From Myxococcota bacterium (lineage in GTDB: Bacteria > Myxococcota > UBA4151): 36,526 nt of DNA. Each line of letters opens with the position of its first letter. Position 1 is the stretch's first letter. Where the stretch lies: positions 1-36,526 of the forward strand of contig JAYZBQ010000075.1 of the NCBI GenBank assembly GCA_036338695.1. Direction: 5' to 3'. The translations under genes were made by a program, and so were the position numbers. Below the pieces are notes generated by a model. That model was given only the letters and a program-made list of their open reading frames with translations. It searched no databases and was not told the DNA's origin. Below are positions 8,779-18,323 of this stretch, one piece after another.

Positions 8779-9645
8779 ATGTCGACACGCGCACTCGCCC
8801 CTCGCGACACTTTTGAACAGTACATGTCCGAGGTGAACCGGATCCCCCTGCTCTCTCGCACACAAGAAGATGAGCTCACGTCCGAGTTCGCCGAGAGCCA
8901 AGACCCGGCGATCGCACACCGACTGGTGGTCTCGAACCTGCGCTTCGTCGTTCGCATCGCTAATGAGTACCGAGGGTACGGGCTCAAGCTCATCGACCTG
9001 GTCCAAGAGGGCAACCTGGGCTTGATGATCGCCGTGCAGAAGTTTGATCACCGACGCGGGTACCGCCTGATCAGCTACGCGGTTTGGTGGATTCGGGCGT
9101 ACATCCAGGCGTACGTGATGCGCTCGGTGTCGATGGTCAAGCTCGGCACCACACAGGCGCAGCGCAAGCTCTTCTTTGGGCGCCGCAAGGCGCAGGCGAC
9201 CCTCCTCAAGCAGGGCGCCGAGCCGACCCGGGAGAACATGGCGAAGATGCTCGGCGTCTCGGTCGAAGAGGTCGACGAGATGGAGATGCGGCTGGCGGGC
9301 AAAGACTTCAGCCTCGACGCGCCGATGGGCAGCGACGGCGACTCGAGCGCCATGATCGAGGTTCTAAGCTCCGACCAAGACGACTCCCCCGAAGAGCTGG
9401 TCGCCGACGCACAGATCGAATACGTCCGTCGAGAAGCGATCGGTCGGGCTGTCGAACAACTCGACCCACGAGAGCGGCTCATCATCGAGGCGCGAGCGAT
9501 GAGTGAAGACCCCAAAACGCTGACAGAGTTAGGTCACGAGCTGGGCGTGTCTCGCGAGCGAGCGCGGCAGTTGGAAGCACGCGGGCTGGGCAAGATGAAG
9601 CGGTACCTGCTGGCGCAAGCTGACGACGCGCTGGTGCCCGCCTAA
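8779..9645 (+). CDS. rpoH: RNA polymerase sigma factor, RpoH/sigma-32 family (myxobacterial SigB/C/E-like)
   Basis: LVVSNLRFVVRIANEYRGYG, DLVQEGNLGLMIAVQKFD, RLISYAVWWIRAYI, RpoH box TTQAQRKLFF, region 4 GVSRERARQLE. Start at ATG 8779 (GGAG upstream); alternatives 8752/8755/8737. Confidence 0.9.
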   Translation: MSTRALAPRDTFEQYMSEVNRIPLLSRTQEDELTSEFAESQDPAIAHRLVVSNLRFVVRIANEYRGYGLKLIDLVQEGNLGLMIAVQKFDHRRGYRLISYAVWWIRAYIQAYVMRSVSMVKLGTTQAQRKLFFGRRKAQATLLKQGAEPTRENMAKMLGVSVEEVDEMEMRLAGKDFSLDAPMGSDGDSSAMIEVLSSDQDDSPEELVADAQIEYVRREAIGRAVEQLDPRERLIIEARAMSEDPKTLTELGHELGVSRERARQLEARGLGKMKRYLLAQADDALVPA

Positions 9646-9674
9646 CCACCTCGCTTGCGAAGCATGATCACGCC

Positions 9675-10958
9675 CTAGGGCGCGAAGGTGATGACACCGA
9701 AGCGCTCGAGCCGGTGGAAATCGCCGCTCATCGGGGCGCTCCAGGCAGTGGCGTCGGTCCCGACCACGCGCCCGTTGCGCCGCTGACGATCTAACCGGAA
9801 CAGGTTAATCTTCCAGCTCTTGCCCGGAGACGGTGCCTGGTCGAGATCCGGCATCCCAGCGTACGGGATACGCCACTCGGCGACCCAGCCCCGATCCTGA
9901 TCCGCTGGGTTGTTCAAGGTCCCGTCGACGCTCGTCTTCGCCTCGTAAACATGGTCCCAGGCCTGGTCCATGTTTTGACGCGCTCCGCCCTTGAATCGAG
10001 CATCGAACTGCACCCCGTTCGGGGCGACCTGAAGCTCGATGTACTCATCGGCATCCCCGTCCGCGTCGATAAAGATCTCCACCGCCTCGGACTCATAGAT
10101 CGGTTCGTCGCGCTGAGTGTACGGGGTGTGAACGTCCCGATCTGGCGCTTCAAACGCCAGATACAGCGCATGGTCATCCCAGAGCATACGGGCATAGGTC
10201 TTGTAACGTCCATTTCCGACCCCATCGTAACGCTGAAACGGCCCGACGCGCGCAGCGCGCTTCCACGCCGGCTCGTCGAGCTGTCCATCGATGACGATCG
10301 GCTCGGTGCGCTTAGGTACCGTCACGCGCGGGATCGGGACGTCTCGGCCCTCGACGCGCAGCACGCCCAGCCGAGCGCGGTCGCGCCCGTCGGATAGCCC
10401 ACGCGTCACACGCAGCCGCTCGTTCCCCTGAAAGAAACCACCCCAAAGCTCATAGCGATCGCTCGGCAGGTCCTTTGCGACGCGCATCGAGCGCGTCACG
10501 CGGATCAGGTCACCGCGTCGCCACCGTGCGATCGGGTAGCTCGACCCACCCGCATCATGATCGTCGTTGAACAAATGCGCCACATCCGCAGAGGTTGCGC
10601 CGTGCACGAAGACCTTCCACGAGCGCCCTGGATCGGCGTGTACAAACCAAACATAGGTCACCGAGAAGCGCTGGCCTGCCTTGACCGGCTCTTTGGGCAG
10701 CTCGAGCTGAGCGAGACAAACCAAGCCACCGAAACACGCCGCAGGCGAGGTCGCAGCGGAGGCCAAAGACATTGGCACGTCAGCGACCTTTGCGGTGCCG
10801 CCGCGCACATCGATCAACCGCTGCGGTTCCGGGCTAGAACAGCCTGTGATCAGCCATCCACACAGACCGAGCGCCCAAGCCCAATGCCTTGGCAGCGCTG
10901 GCCCTCGGGGCAGGGTTGGTTGTCGTCGCAAGTCTGGCGGCAGCTTTGATCGTGACAC
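9675..10958 (-). CDS. Carbohydrate-binding family 9-like (DOMON-fold) protein with N-terminal Ig-like domain; start uncertain
   Basis: IDGQLDEPAW, ARMLWDDHALYLAF, EAVEIFID, YIELQVAPNG, WVAEWRIPY, WKINLFRLD, DFHRLERFG. Possible lipobox WLITGC lies inside the upstream gene's 3' end. Confidence 0.82.
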   Translation of the reverse strand: MSRSKLPPDLRRQPTLPRGPALPRHWAWALGLCGWLITGCSSPEPQRLIDVRGGTAKVADVPMSLASAATSPAACFGGLVCLAQLELPKEPVKAGQRFSVTYVWFVHADPGRSWKVFVHGATSADVAHLFNDDHDAGGSSYPIARWRRGDLIRVTRSMRVAKDLPSDRYELWGGFFQGNERLRVTRGLSDGRDRARLGVLRVEGRDVPIPRVTVPKRTEPIVIDGQLDEPAWKRAARVGPFQRYDGVGNGRYKTYARMLWDDHALYLAFEAPDRDVHTPYTQRDEPIYESEAVEIFIDADGDADEYIELQVAPNGVQFDARFKGGARQNMDQAWDHVYEAKTSVDGTLNNPADQDRGWVAEWRIPYAGMPDLDQAPSPGKSWKINLFRLDRQRRNGRVVGTDATAWSAPMSGDFHRLERFGVITFAP

Positions 10959-12493
10959 AGTTGTCCATCACCACAGTCGTTGTTGTCTTGGCACTGACCT
11001 GGGTTGCCACCACCACCGTCTCGAACGCAACTGCCATCGACGCAGCGCTCACCCTGGTTGCACTGACGGTCGTCGCGGCACTCCGGGTTCGGGTCGGCGT
11101 TGGCCTGACATTGACCGCGCTCACAGCTAAACCCATTGGCGCACTGACGATCATCGCGGCAGCGCTGGCCTTCACCGCCACCCTCTTGACATTGACCACG
11201 CCGACAGACCTGTCCGACCTCACAATCAGCCGCCTCACGACATCTTCCCGGGGGAGGCTGTGGTACGCAGCGGTTGTCGCGGCACTGCAATCCGTCACCG
11301 CAATCTCCGTCGTTGCGACACCCCTCACCGATGGTCTCGTCAAAACATCGACCGTTACGACAGACTTGATCTTCCTGACAGTCGCCGTCGTCCTCACACC
11401 GGCCTGGCAATCCGCCACCACCGCCTTCGACGCAGCGCCCGCGCTGGCACACTTGCCCGTCCTCGCAGTCACGCGCCGACCGGCAGCGCTCGGGCTCCTG
11501 AGGGACACACCACAACTCCTCCTCGCACATCAGCCCCTCCGGACAGCGCTGCCCGTTGGCGCACGAGGGCGGCAAACAGACGCCCAGCTGAGGATCACAG
11601 ACCATCCAGTCGAACTGACACGGTTCAAACCCTTCTCCGCAGGGCTGCGGACCGTCCGGACGGCACATCCCCTCGATGCATGCGAACTCATTGGAGCAGT
11701 CGCTGTCGCGTCGACACCCACGGTCCGGGTCGTCGATGCAGCGGAAGTACTCGTCGTGACAGACCATCCCGTCCGGGCAGTCGCCGTCTTCTCGACAGAT
11801 CTCGGGTTCCGGCTCGGGCTCTTCGACGCTCACGCACCAGTTCTCAACACATTCAGCGTTCTCGCCACAGTCCCGGTCGCTGCGACAGCGACCGTCGACC
11901 TCGCGGCACATGTCGTCAATGCAGCGCTCGCCCGCACCGCAGTCCTCATCACGACGGCACCTATCGATCACATCGTCGTCCTCAACGCAGCGGTTCGTCG
12001 CCTCATCGCACACCTGTCCGCGCGGGCAGGCGCCCCCGTTTCCGCAGGTGACGCCCTCATCGTCCATCGGCACACAGACGCGCCGCTCTCCATCAACGTC
12101 CTTGCACTCGGTGCGCTCGGGGCAGTCGCGGTCGCTGCGGCAGCTGATCAAGCACACCCCGCCCTCATCGACCTCAATGCAGGTCAGCCCGTCCGGGCAC
12201 GCATCCCCGCCGCGACCGCACTCGCGGATGCAGACGCCGTCAAAGCATTGCGAGCCCTCGTCGCAGTCACGGTCCGTTCGGCAGCCCGTAAAAGGCGCCT
12301 CACAGACCCCCTCAACGCAGACCTGATCTGCGGCGCAATCGCTCGTCTCGGCACAGGCTGTGACGCCACCTCCCGCGTCCACGACGCCCGCTCCTGCGTC
12401 GGCGCCGCCGGGCAAGTTGGGCGCGCTGGGCGCCGGACACCCAATCAACAGATAACATGTAGACAGTGCGAGCAGACGAACAGAGTGACTCAT
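10850..12493 (-). CDS. Cys-rich repeat lipoprotein (19 four-Cys modules, C-x2-D-x-D-C-x5-C-x4-C type)
   Basis: AGGAG RBS before ATG 12493. Signal peptide/lipobox MSHSVRLLALSTCYLLIGC. Rest is repeats such as CRTDRDCDEGSQCFDGVC and CRSARDCEDGQVCQRGRC. Confidence 0.88.
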   Translation of the reverse strand: MSHSVRLLALSTCYLLIGCPAPSAPNLPGGADAGAGVVDAGGGVTACAETSDCAADQVCVEGVCEAPFTGCRTDRDCDEGSQCFDGVCIRECGRGGDACPDGLTCIEVDEGGVCLISCRSDRDCPERTECKDVDGERRVCVPMDDEGVTCGNGGACPRGQVCDEATNRCVEDDDVIDRCRRDEDCGAGERCIDDMCREVDGRCRSDRDCGENAECVENWCVSVEEPEPEPEICREDGDCPDGMVCHDEYFRCIDDPDRGCRRDSDCSNEFACIEGMCRPDGPQPCGEGFEPCQFDWMVCDPQLGVCLPPSCANGQRCPEGLMCEEELWCVPQEPERCRSARDCEDGQVCQRGRCVEGGGGGLPGRCEDDGDCQEDQVCRNGRCFDETIGEGCRNDGDCGDGLQCRDNRCVPQPPPGRCREAADCEVGQVCRRGQCQEGGGEGQRCRDDRQCANGFSCERGQCQANADPNPECRDDRQCNQGERCVDGSCVRDGGGGNPGQCQDNNDCGDGQLCHDQSCRQTCDDNQPCPEGQRCQGIGLGRSVCVDG

Positions 12494-12575
12494 GGCGAGC
12501 TCCTGTAAACAAAGGTTCCGAGAGGCGAACACAGGTTAGCTCGGATGATGATTTTTCGCAAAGGAGCCCTCAGGC

Positions 12576-14306
12576 TCAGGACAGCAGGTACAGCAAGAGG
12601 TAGAAGGCGAGCGCCACCTGCCCGAGCAACACCATGGTCCCGGCCGACCATGTCGTCGCCATCACGCCGCCTCGACCGTGCAGGCGCCGAGCGCTCGCTA
12701 GTACGGCGCTGATCCCACCGAGTGCGGCAGCCAGAACCCCCGCACGAAGCGCCTGGACCGTTTGGACGCCCTGGCTCCAAACCGCCGGAAAAGCGCGCCG
12801 GTACAGCCAGTCGGTGTCGAGATTCTCCGCCTCTTCTTCGTCGGGATAACCCCAGTACTTCATCAGGACGACGAAGGCGAGCATGGCGAACAGCAGCAGC
12901 TGGAACTGCGTGATGATGTGGGCGCCCGTATAGGGCTGATAGTCCACCGCATAGGGCAGTAAACCGTAGAGCTGTCCGGGCATGCACCCGATCAAGATGC
13001 AAAGTGCCGCCGTGATGACCATGGCGACCTGCATGTTCAAGGGCGCTCGCTCACAGCGAATCCCCGAGTCATGCCCGAAGAAAGCAAAGAACGGGATCTT
13101 GATGCCGCTGTGCTCCATCACCCCGGCCGAGGCGATCAGCAATCCACCCCAGATCCAAGCATGACCCGCATCGATCACCCCTTGCAGGGTCAGCGCCTTC
13201 GAGATGAAGCCGCTGGTCAGCGGAAACGCCGAGATCGAGGCGGCGCCGATGATGCAACACACAGCGGTCACTGGCATCGACCGATAGAGCCCCCCGAGCT
13301 GCGAGGCTTTTGCGGTGCCGACGCGGTGCAAGACGGCGCCCATACTCATGAACAAGAGCGCCTTATACAGGATGTGAGCGAAGGCGTGCGCGCAGGCGCC
13401 GTTGATCGCCATCTCCGAGCCCACACCGACCGCGACCACCATGAAGCCGAGCTGGTTGTTGAGGCTGTACGCAAGCACCTTTCGCAGGTCGTTCTCGACC
13501 ACGGCGAAGAAGATCGGGAACAGCGTCATCACCACGCCCACATAGATGAGCGGCTCAAAGCCTGCGTAGCCGCGGATCAGCGTGTAGACGGCGAGCTTGG
13601 TCGTAAAGGCGGACAGAAAGACCGTGCCAGTCGCTGTGGCTTTCGGGTAGGCGTCCTGCAACCAGTTGTGCAGGAAGGGAAAGGCGCATTTGATCGCAAA
13701 CGAGAGCAGGATTAGCTGAACGCCCGGAGTCGACACCGAGTCCGTAAAGGCGCCGACCGTGTCGACACCGCCGAAGGCGAGGCTGCCCGTTGCGCGAAAG
13801 TGAAGGATGGCACCCGCCAGCAGCAGCACGCCGGACGCCACCTGGACGATGAGGTAGCGTATGGCCGCTTTGTTGGCGCGCTCATTGTTCGCCGCCCAGA
13901 TCAGGAACACCGACGTAAACGCCGTGACCTCCCAAAAGATAAACAGGCTGATCAGGTCGCCCGAGAAGACGGCGCCGATCCCTGCCCCGGCGTAGATGGT
14001 ACCGCTCGCCATCTGTTTGGCGTCGTCGACATGCAGCGAATAGATCACGCTGAGCAGCGCCGCGATGTGAAAGATGTAACCAAAGATGAGGCTGAGCTTA
14101 TCGACCCTCGCCATCACCAGGGTGTAGCCCATCACCTCAAACTGATGACTGATCCCTGTCTCAAGCCCCGTAAAACCCCAGCCCACCAAGTTGGCGAAGC
14201 TCAAAATGGGCAGAGCCAACGCCAAGCCCCGTTGCACGTTGCCTTTGAGCAGCGGGATCAGCAGCCCACCGAGACAAAGGATCAGACCGGGTGCCAGGCT
14301 AGTCAT
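12576..14306 (-). CDS. mrpD: Mrp/Mnh Na+/H+ antiporter subunit D (third antiporter-like subunit)
   Basis: Polytopic. GDLISLFIFWEV, IKCAFPFLHNWLQDAYP, AFTTKLAVY, LRKVLAYSLNNQLGFM, HAFAHILYKALLFM, PLTSGFISK. Confidence 0.9.
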   Translation of the reverse strand: MTSLAPGLILCLGGLLIPLLKGNVQRGLALALPILSFANLVGWGFTGLETGISHQFEVMGYTLVMARVDKLSLIFGYIFHIAALLSVIYSLHVDDAKQMASGTIYAGAGIGAVFSGDLISLFIFWEVTAFTSVFLIWAANNERANKAAIRYLIVQVASGVLLLAGAILHFRATGSLAFGGVDTVGAFTDSVSTPGVQLILLSFAIKCAFPFLHNWLQDAYPKATATGTVFLSAFTTKLAVYTLIRGYAGFEPLIYVGVVMTLFPIFFAVVENDLRKVLAYSLNNQLGFMVVAVGVGSEMAINGACAHAFAHILYKALLFMSMGAVLHRVGTAKASQLGGLYRSMPVTAVCCIIGAASISAFPLTSGFISKALTLQGVIDAGHAWIWGGLLIASAGVMEHSGIKIPFFAFFGHDSGIRCERAPLNMQVAMVITAALCILIGCMPGQLYGLLPYAVDYQPYTGAHIITQFQLLLFAMLAFVVLMKYWGYPDEEEAENLDTDWLYRRAFPAVWSQGVQTVQALRAGVLAAALGGISAVLASARRLHGRGGVMATTWSAGTMVLLGQVALAFYLLLYLLS

Positions 14307-14568
14307 AATAGCCCTCGTCTCGCTTGATCACCTTACGCAGCACCTCGCCGCCGCGCACGATGACCACGAACGCAACGAAGCCGACGATACCGTAGAAACC
14401 GGGGATCTTCTCGACGGCGTAGTAAGGGTGCATCAAATGCCAGTGAAACACCTTATCGAGGAGCTCCGGCAAGACCGACAACGCACAAGCGACGTACAGG
14501 CCCTTGATCAACTTATCGACGTTCTCAGGCTGGTAGAACCAGCCGTCTTTCTTGTTCGGATCACTCAT
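14299..14568 (-). CDS. Small 2-TM membrane protein of the Mrp cluster
   Basis: Overlaps both flanking mrpD genes. Two hydrophobic segments, PGFYGIVGFVAFV...LRKVIKRDEGYYD. Confidence 0.8.
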   Translation of the reverse strand: MSDPNKKDGWFYQPENVDKLIKGLYVACALSVLPELLDKVFHWHLMHPYYAVEKIPGFYGIVGFVAFVVIVRGGEVLRKVIKRDEGYYD

Positions 14569-16073
14569 CGGTTCGCCGCCATGATCGGCTCCAGCAGAGC
14601 ATAGAGTTGGTCGGAAAAGAGGAACAAAAGCACGCAGCCCGCTGCGGTCAGGACCGGTGGGATCACGCAGAGGATGTGGTCGTATTCAACGTTCCCGCTG
14701 CCGCCGTGATGATGTTCATCGTGGTGATCGTCATGATGATGATCCGTCTCGGGGGGCAGCGGCTTGAAGAACGCCGTCGTCACGACCGGCATCAGGTATC
14801 CGATAGAGAAAAGCGACGAGATCAGGAGCACGCCCATCAGCCAGACGTTGGCGTCCGCCGCGCTCATGAGCAGATACCACTTCGACCAGCTCCCGCCGGT
14901 CGGCGGGATCCCGATGATGCACAGACTGCCGACAAAGAAGGCGCCCATGGTCCAGGGCATTTTTCTGCCGATGCCCGCCATATCTGAGATCTCGGTCTTG
15001 TGGACCAGCACGATCAAGGCGCCCGCGGCGAAGAAGAGCGTGATCTTGCCCATGGCGTGCATGGCGATGTGAAAGCCAGCGCCCAAGATACCGAGCTCGT
15101 TGGCGAAGGCGGCGCCTAAGACGATGTAGCTCAGCTGCGAGATGGTCGAATAGGCCAGTCGCGCCTTGAGGTTGTCCTTACCCAGCGCCACAACCGACGC
15201 TGCGAGGATCGTGAACGAGGCGACATACATCAGCCAGATGGATCCACCGGTCTCGGTCAAAAGCTTGGTGCCGAAGGTGTAGGTCACGACCTTAACGACG
15301 GTAAAGACGCCCACCTTGACCACCGCCACCGCGTGGAGCAGCGCCGAGACCGGCGTCGGCGCCACCATCGCCGCCGGGAGCCAGCGATGCAGCGGCATCA
15401 CCGCCGCCTTGCCTGCGCCGAAGATGAACAGCGCGAGCAAGAGCGGGACCGCCCCGTCCGAGATTTTACCCATTAAAATCCCGCCAGCGACAAAGTCCGT
15501 CGTCCCCGTCAGGTGCCACGTCCAGACAATCGCTGGCAGGAAGAACAGCACCGAGCTGGTCAGCAAAATACCGAGGTAGATCCTCCCCGCTTTGCGGCTC
15601 TCGGCGCTCTGGTGGTGAGCCACCAGCGGAAAGGTCGACACGCTCAGCAGCTCGTAGCAGACGAAGAGCGTCAGCAGATTCGCGGAGAAGGCTGCCCCCA
15701 CGGCGGCACCGATCGCCACCGCAAAGCAGGTGAAAAAGCGCGTCTGGTTCGCTTCGTGGTGACCGCGCATGTAGCCGATCGCGTAGAGCGTGGTGATGAT
15801 CCACAAGCCCGAGGCGATCAGCGCGAAGAGCATCCCAAGCGGCTCGATCTCAAAGGCGATGCTCAGACCGGGCAGCATCTCGACGAGCTCGAAAGCCGGC
15901 CGCTCACCCGCCATGACCTGCGGCGTCAGGCTGCAGACACAGACAAAGGTGCTCGCCGCCACCAGCAGCGAGAACCCGTCGCGGATGTTCGGCTCTTTGT
16001 CGAAAGCCCGCAGCACCAAGCCAGCGGTCAACGGCATGAAGATGCTGAGCAGGATCAGAACCGTTGCGCTCAT
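14565..16073 (-). CDS. mrpD: Mrp/Mnh antiporter subunit D family protein (second copy), His-rich C-terminal loop
   Basis: NLLTLFVCYELL, GKAAVMPLHRWLPAAMVAPTPVSALLHAVAVVKVG, DNLKARLAYSTISQLSYI, HAMGKITLFF. Confidence 0.9.
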   Translation of the reverse strand: MSATVLILLSIFMPLTAGLVLRAFDKEPNIRDGFSLLVAASTFVCVCSLTPQVMAGERPAFELVEMLPGLSIAFEIEPLGMLFALIASGLWIITTLYAIGYMRGHHEANQTRFFTCFAVAIGAAVGAAFSANLLTLFVCYELLSVSTFPLVAHHQSAESRKAGRIYLGILLTSSVLFFLPAIVWTWHLTGTTDFVAGGILMGKISDGAVPLLLALFIFGAGKAAVMPLHRWLPAAMVAPTPVSALLHAVAVVKVGVFTVVKVVTYTFGTKLLTETGGSIWLMYVASFTILAASVVALGKDNLKARLAYSTISQLSYIVLGAAFANELGILGAGFHIAMHAMGKITLFFAAGALIVLVHKTEISDMAGIGRKMPWTMGAFFVGSLCIIGIPPTGGSWSKWYLLMSAADANVWLMGVLLISSLFSIGYLMPVVTTAFFKPLPPETDHHHDDHHDEHHHGGSGNVEYDHILCVIPPVLTAAGCVLLFLFSDQLYALLEPIMAANR

Positions 16074-17548
16074 GGTGCCCCCAACAGCTGGCGCGCCGCC
16101 TCAAGCGCCACGCCTGCGGTGGTGTCTGTCGTGATCCCAAAGAAGAGCGACGCACCCAGCATGATCCAGGTCGGAATGAGCATGGACAGCGGCGCCTCCG
16201 TCACCTCGGGGGCGTCGGGGTCCGGCTCCTCAAAGAAGCCCACCTCCACGACGCGCCAGACGTAGATCACGGCGAGTAAGGAGCTCAGCAGGATCAAGGC
16301 GACGATCACCCACATCCCGTTCTCGATGGCTCCAAGGACGAGGTACCACTTCGAGACAAAGCCAGCGGTCAGCGGAACCCCGATGAGCCCTAACCCGCCG
16401 ATCACGAAGCCCAGATACGTCAACGGCATACGCTTGGCCAAGCCGCGCATCGCCGAGAGCTCGGCGCTGCCCGTGCGCAGCACGACCGCCGCCATGACCA
16501 TGAACAAGCCGCCCTTAATCACCGCGTGGTTGAACATATGAACGATCGAGCCTGCTAATCCGCTCTCGTTGACCAGGCTGATCCCGAGCACCATGTAGCC
16601 GATCTGCGCTAAGCTCGAGTACGCGAGCATCCGCTTGATGTTGGTTTGATAGATCGCCACCAGCGATCCCACGAACATCCCGACCACGGCGAGGGGGAGC
16701 AGCACCCGCTGCAGCTGAAAGACGTCGAAGACGACCGCCGTCCCGAACAAGGTAAAGATAAAGCGAATCAGGACGTAGAGTGACACCTTCGTCGAGGTCG
16801 CTGCAATCAGCGCCGTCACCGCTGAGGGGGCATGTGCGTAGGCATTCGGAAGCCAGGCATGGAGCGGGAACAAGGCGATCTTGAGGCTGCTCCCGACCGT
16901 CAAGAACGCCAGCGCCACAAGCACGGTCTTGCTGGTGGCGTGCGCGCCCTCGAGTCGCATGTGCAGGTCGGCGATGTTCAAGGTGCCCGTCTGCATCAGC
17001 AACAACCCGACGCCGATCAAAATCGCCGTACCGCCAAGCGTTCCGAGGACGAGGTAATTAAACGAAGCCGACAGCGCCCGCCGGTCACGCCCCATCGCGA
17101 TCAGCGCGTACGAGCTTAGCGAGGTGATCTCGAGAAACACGAAGATGTTAAAGGCATCACCCGTAATCGTGATGCCCAACATCCCTGTAAGACACAGGAG
17201 CAAGCAGGCGTAGAAAAGGTGATGTTTGCGCTCGTCAACCTCGGCGGCGACGCTGCGCTCGGCGAACGGAAAGACCACCGCCGCGATGCCGCTGACCAAG
17301 AACAAAACAAAGGCGTTGAGCGGGTCGATGTAGTACTCGATACCGGTCGGTGGCGCCCAACCGCCGAGCTGGTAGGAGATCGGCCCGGAGGTCAGGACGG
17401 TCTGGAGCATGGTCCAGGCGATCACCGCCGAGATCCACGCAACGCCCGTGGCGATCAAGTGACAATAAAGCGGATGCTTGACGATCACGATCACCGCAGC
17501 GGCGATCATCGGGAGCGCAACCTGAATCGCTGGAAAGTGCTCGATCAT
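16070..17548 (-). CDS. mrpD: Mrp/Mnh antiporter subunit D
   Basis: GGWAPPTGIE, TGDAFNIFVFLEI, LKIALFPLHAWLPNAY, KRMLAYSSLAQIGYM, HMFNHAVIKGGLF, GVPLTAGFVSKW. Confidence 0.92.
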   Translation of the reverse strand: MIEHFPAIQVALPMIAAAVIVIVKHPLYCHLIATGVAWISAVIAWTMLQTVLTSGPISYQLGGWAPPTGIEYYIDPLNAFVLFLVSGIAAVVFPFAERSVAAEVDERKHHLFYACLLLCLTGMLGITITGDAFNIFVFLEITSLSSYALIAMGRDRRALSASFNYLVLGTLGGTAILIGVGLLLMQTGTLNIADLHMRLEGAHATSKTVLVALAFLTVGSSLKIALFPLHAWLPNAYAHAPSAVTALIAATSTKVSLYVLIRFIFTLFGTAVVFDVFQLQRVLLPLAVVGMFVGSLVAIYQTNIKRMLAYSSLAQIGYMVLGISLVNESGLAGSIVHMFNHAVIKGGLFMVMAAVVLRTGSAELSAMRGLAKRMPLTYLGFVIGGLGLIGVPLTAGFVSKWYLVLGAIENGMWVIVALILLSSLLAVIYVWRVVEVGFFEEPDPDAPEVTEAPLSMLIPTWIMLGASLFFGITTDTTAGVALEAARQLLGAP

Positions 17549-17901
17549 TCGCCACCATCCATCTCGATGATCTCAGTCTCTTCGAGCGTGCCGTAGGCCT
17601 CGTGGATCCGCACCGCGAGCGCCAAACCGACGGCGGTGGTTGCGACGCCGACCACAATGGCGGTCAGGATCAGCACCGAGTTGAGCGGGTTCGAGTAGGC
17701 GCTCGCTCCCTCTGAGAAGATCGGCGCCGTACCCCCCTGAACCTTACCCATCGTGATGTACATCATGAACACCGACACCTGAAAGATGTTCAAGCCGATG
17801 ATCTTTTTGATCAGGTGCCCGCGTGAGATCACGGTGTAGAGCCCGGACACCATCAAGATGGCGACCACCCAGTAGTTGAACAATCCGACGTCGATGCTCA
17901 T
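17545..17901 (-). CDS. mrpC: Mrp/Mnh antiporter subunit C
   Basis: GLYTVISRGHLIKKIIGLNIFQ, NPLNSVLILTAIVVGVATTA, YGTLEE. Confidence 0.92.
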   Translation of the reverse strand: MSIDVGLFNYWVVAILMVSGLYTVISRGHLIKKIIGLNIFQVSVFMMYITMGKVQGGTAPIFSEGASAYSNPLNSVLILTAIVVGVATTAVGLALAVRIHEAYGTLEETEIIEMDGGE

Positions 17902-18323
17902 GAGCGTTGCCCCCGCTCAGCGAAGGCGAAGAAGATCGCACACATCACGGCTGTCACCGTCAGACCGACCCCAAGCTCTACCAACAAGATACCGACGTGC
18001 TGACCGTGCGTAGGATGCGCCGGATCCAAGGCGTTGTACGCCAGGAAGGTGCCCCCCTTGAACATCGTCACGACGCCGACCCCAGCGTACAACAAGACGC
18101 CCAGCGCGGCGATGATCTCAAGCACGCGCGGCGGCACCGCCGCTTTCGCCTCATCCAAACCAAAAATGAGCGCGTACAGAATCACCGCAGCGGCGAAAAT
18201 CACGCCCGCCTGAAACCCACCGCCCGGGCCAAAATCACCGTGAAACTGAACGTACAGACCGAAGAGGAAGATCAGCGGGATCAGCGCCTTGGCGGTCACC
18301 CGGAGGATATCATGATCCTTCAT
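17898..18323 (-). CDS. mrpB: Mrp/Mnh antiporter subunit B
   Basis: GLYVQFHGDFGPGGGFQAGVI, VELGVGLTV. ATG 18323 preceded by GAGGAGG. Confidence 0.92.
   Translation of the reverse strand: MKDHDILRVTAKALIPLIFLFGLYVQFHGDFGPGGGFQAGVIFAAAVILYALIFGLDEAKAAVPPRVLEIIAALGVLLYAGVGVVTMFKGGTFLAYNALDPAHPTHGQHVGILLVELGVGLTVTAVMCAIFFAFAERGQRS

Noticed and set aside
9646..9674. Terminator between the convergent sigma factor and CBM9-like genes
   Set aside because: Only a 4-bp stem (GCTT/AAGC) with no U-tract, too weak to call.
10889..12508. 539-aa Ala/Val/Thr-rich plus-strand ORF
   Set aside because: Antisense shadow of the Cys-rich lipoprotein, which has an RBS, lipobox and regular repeats.
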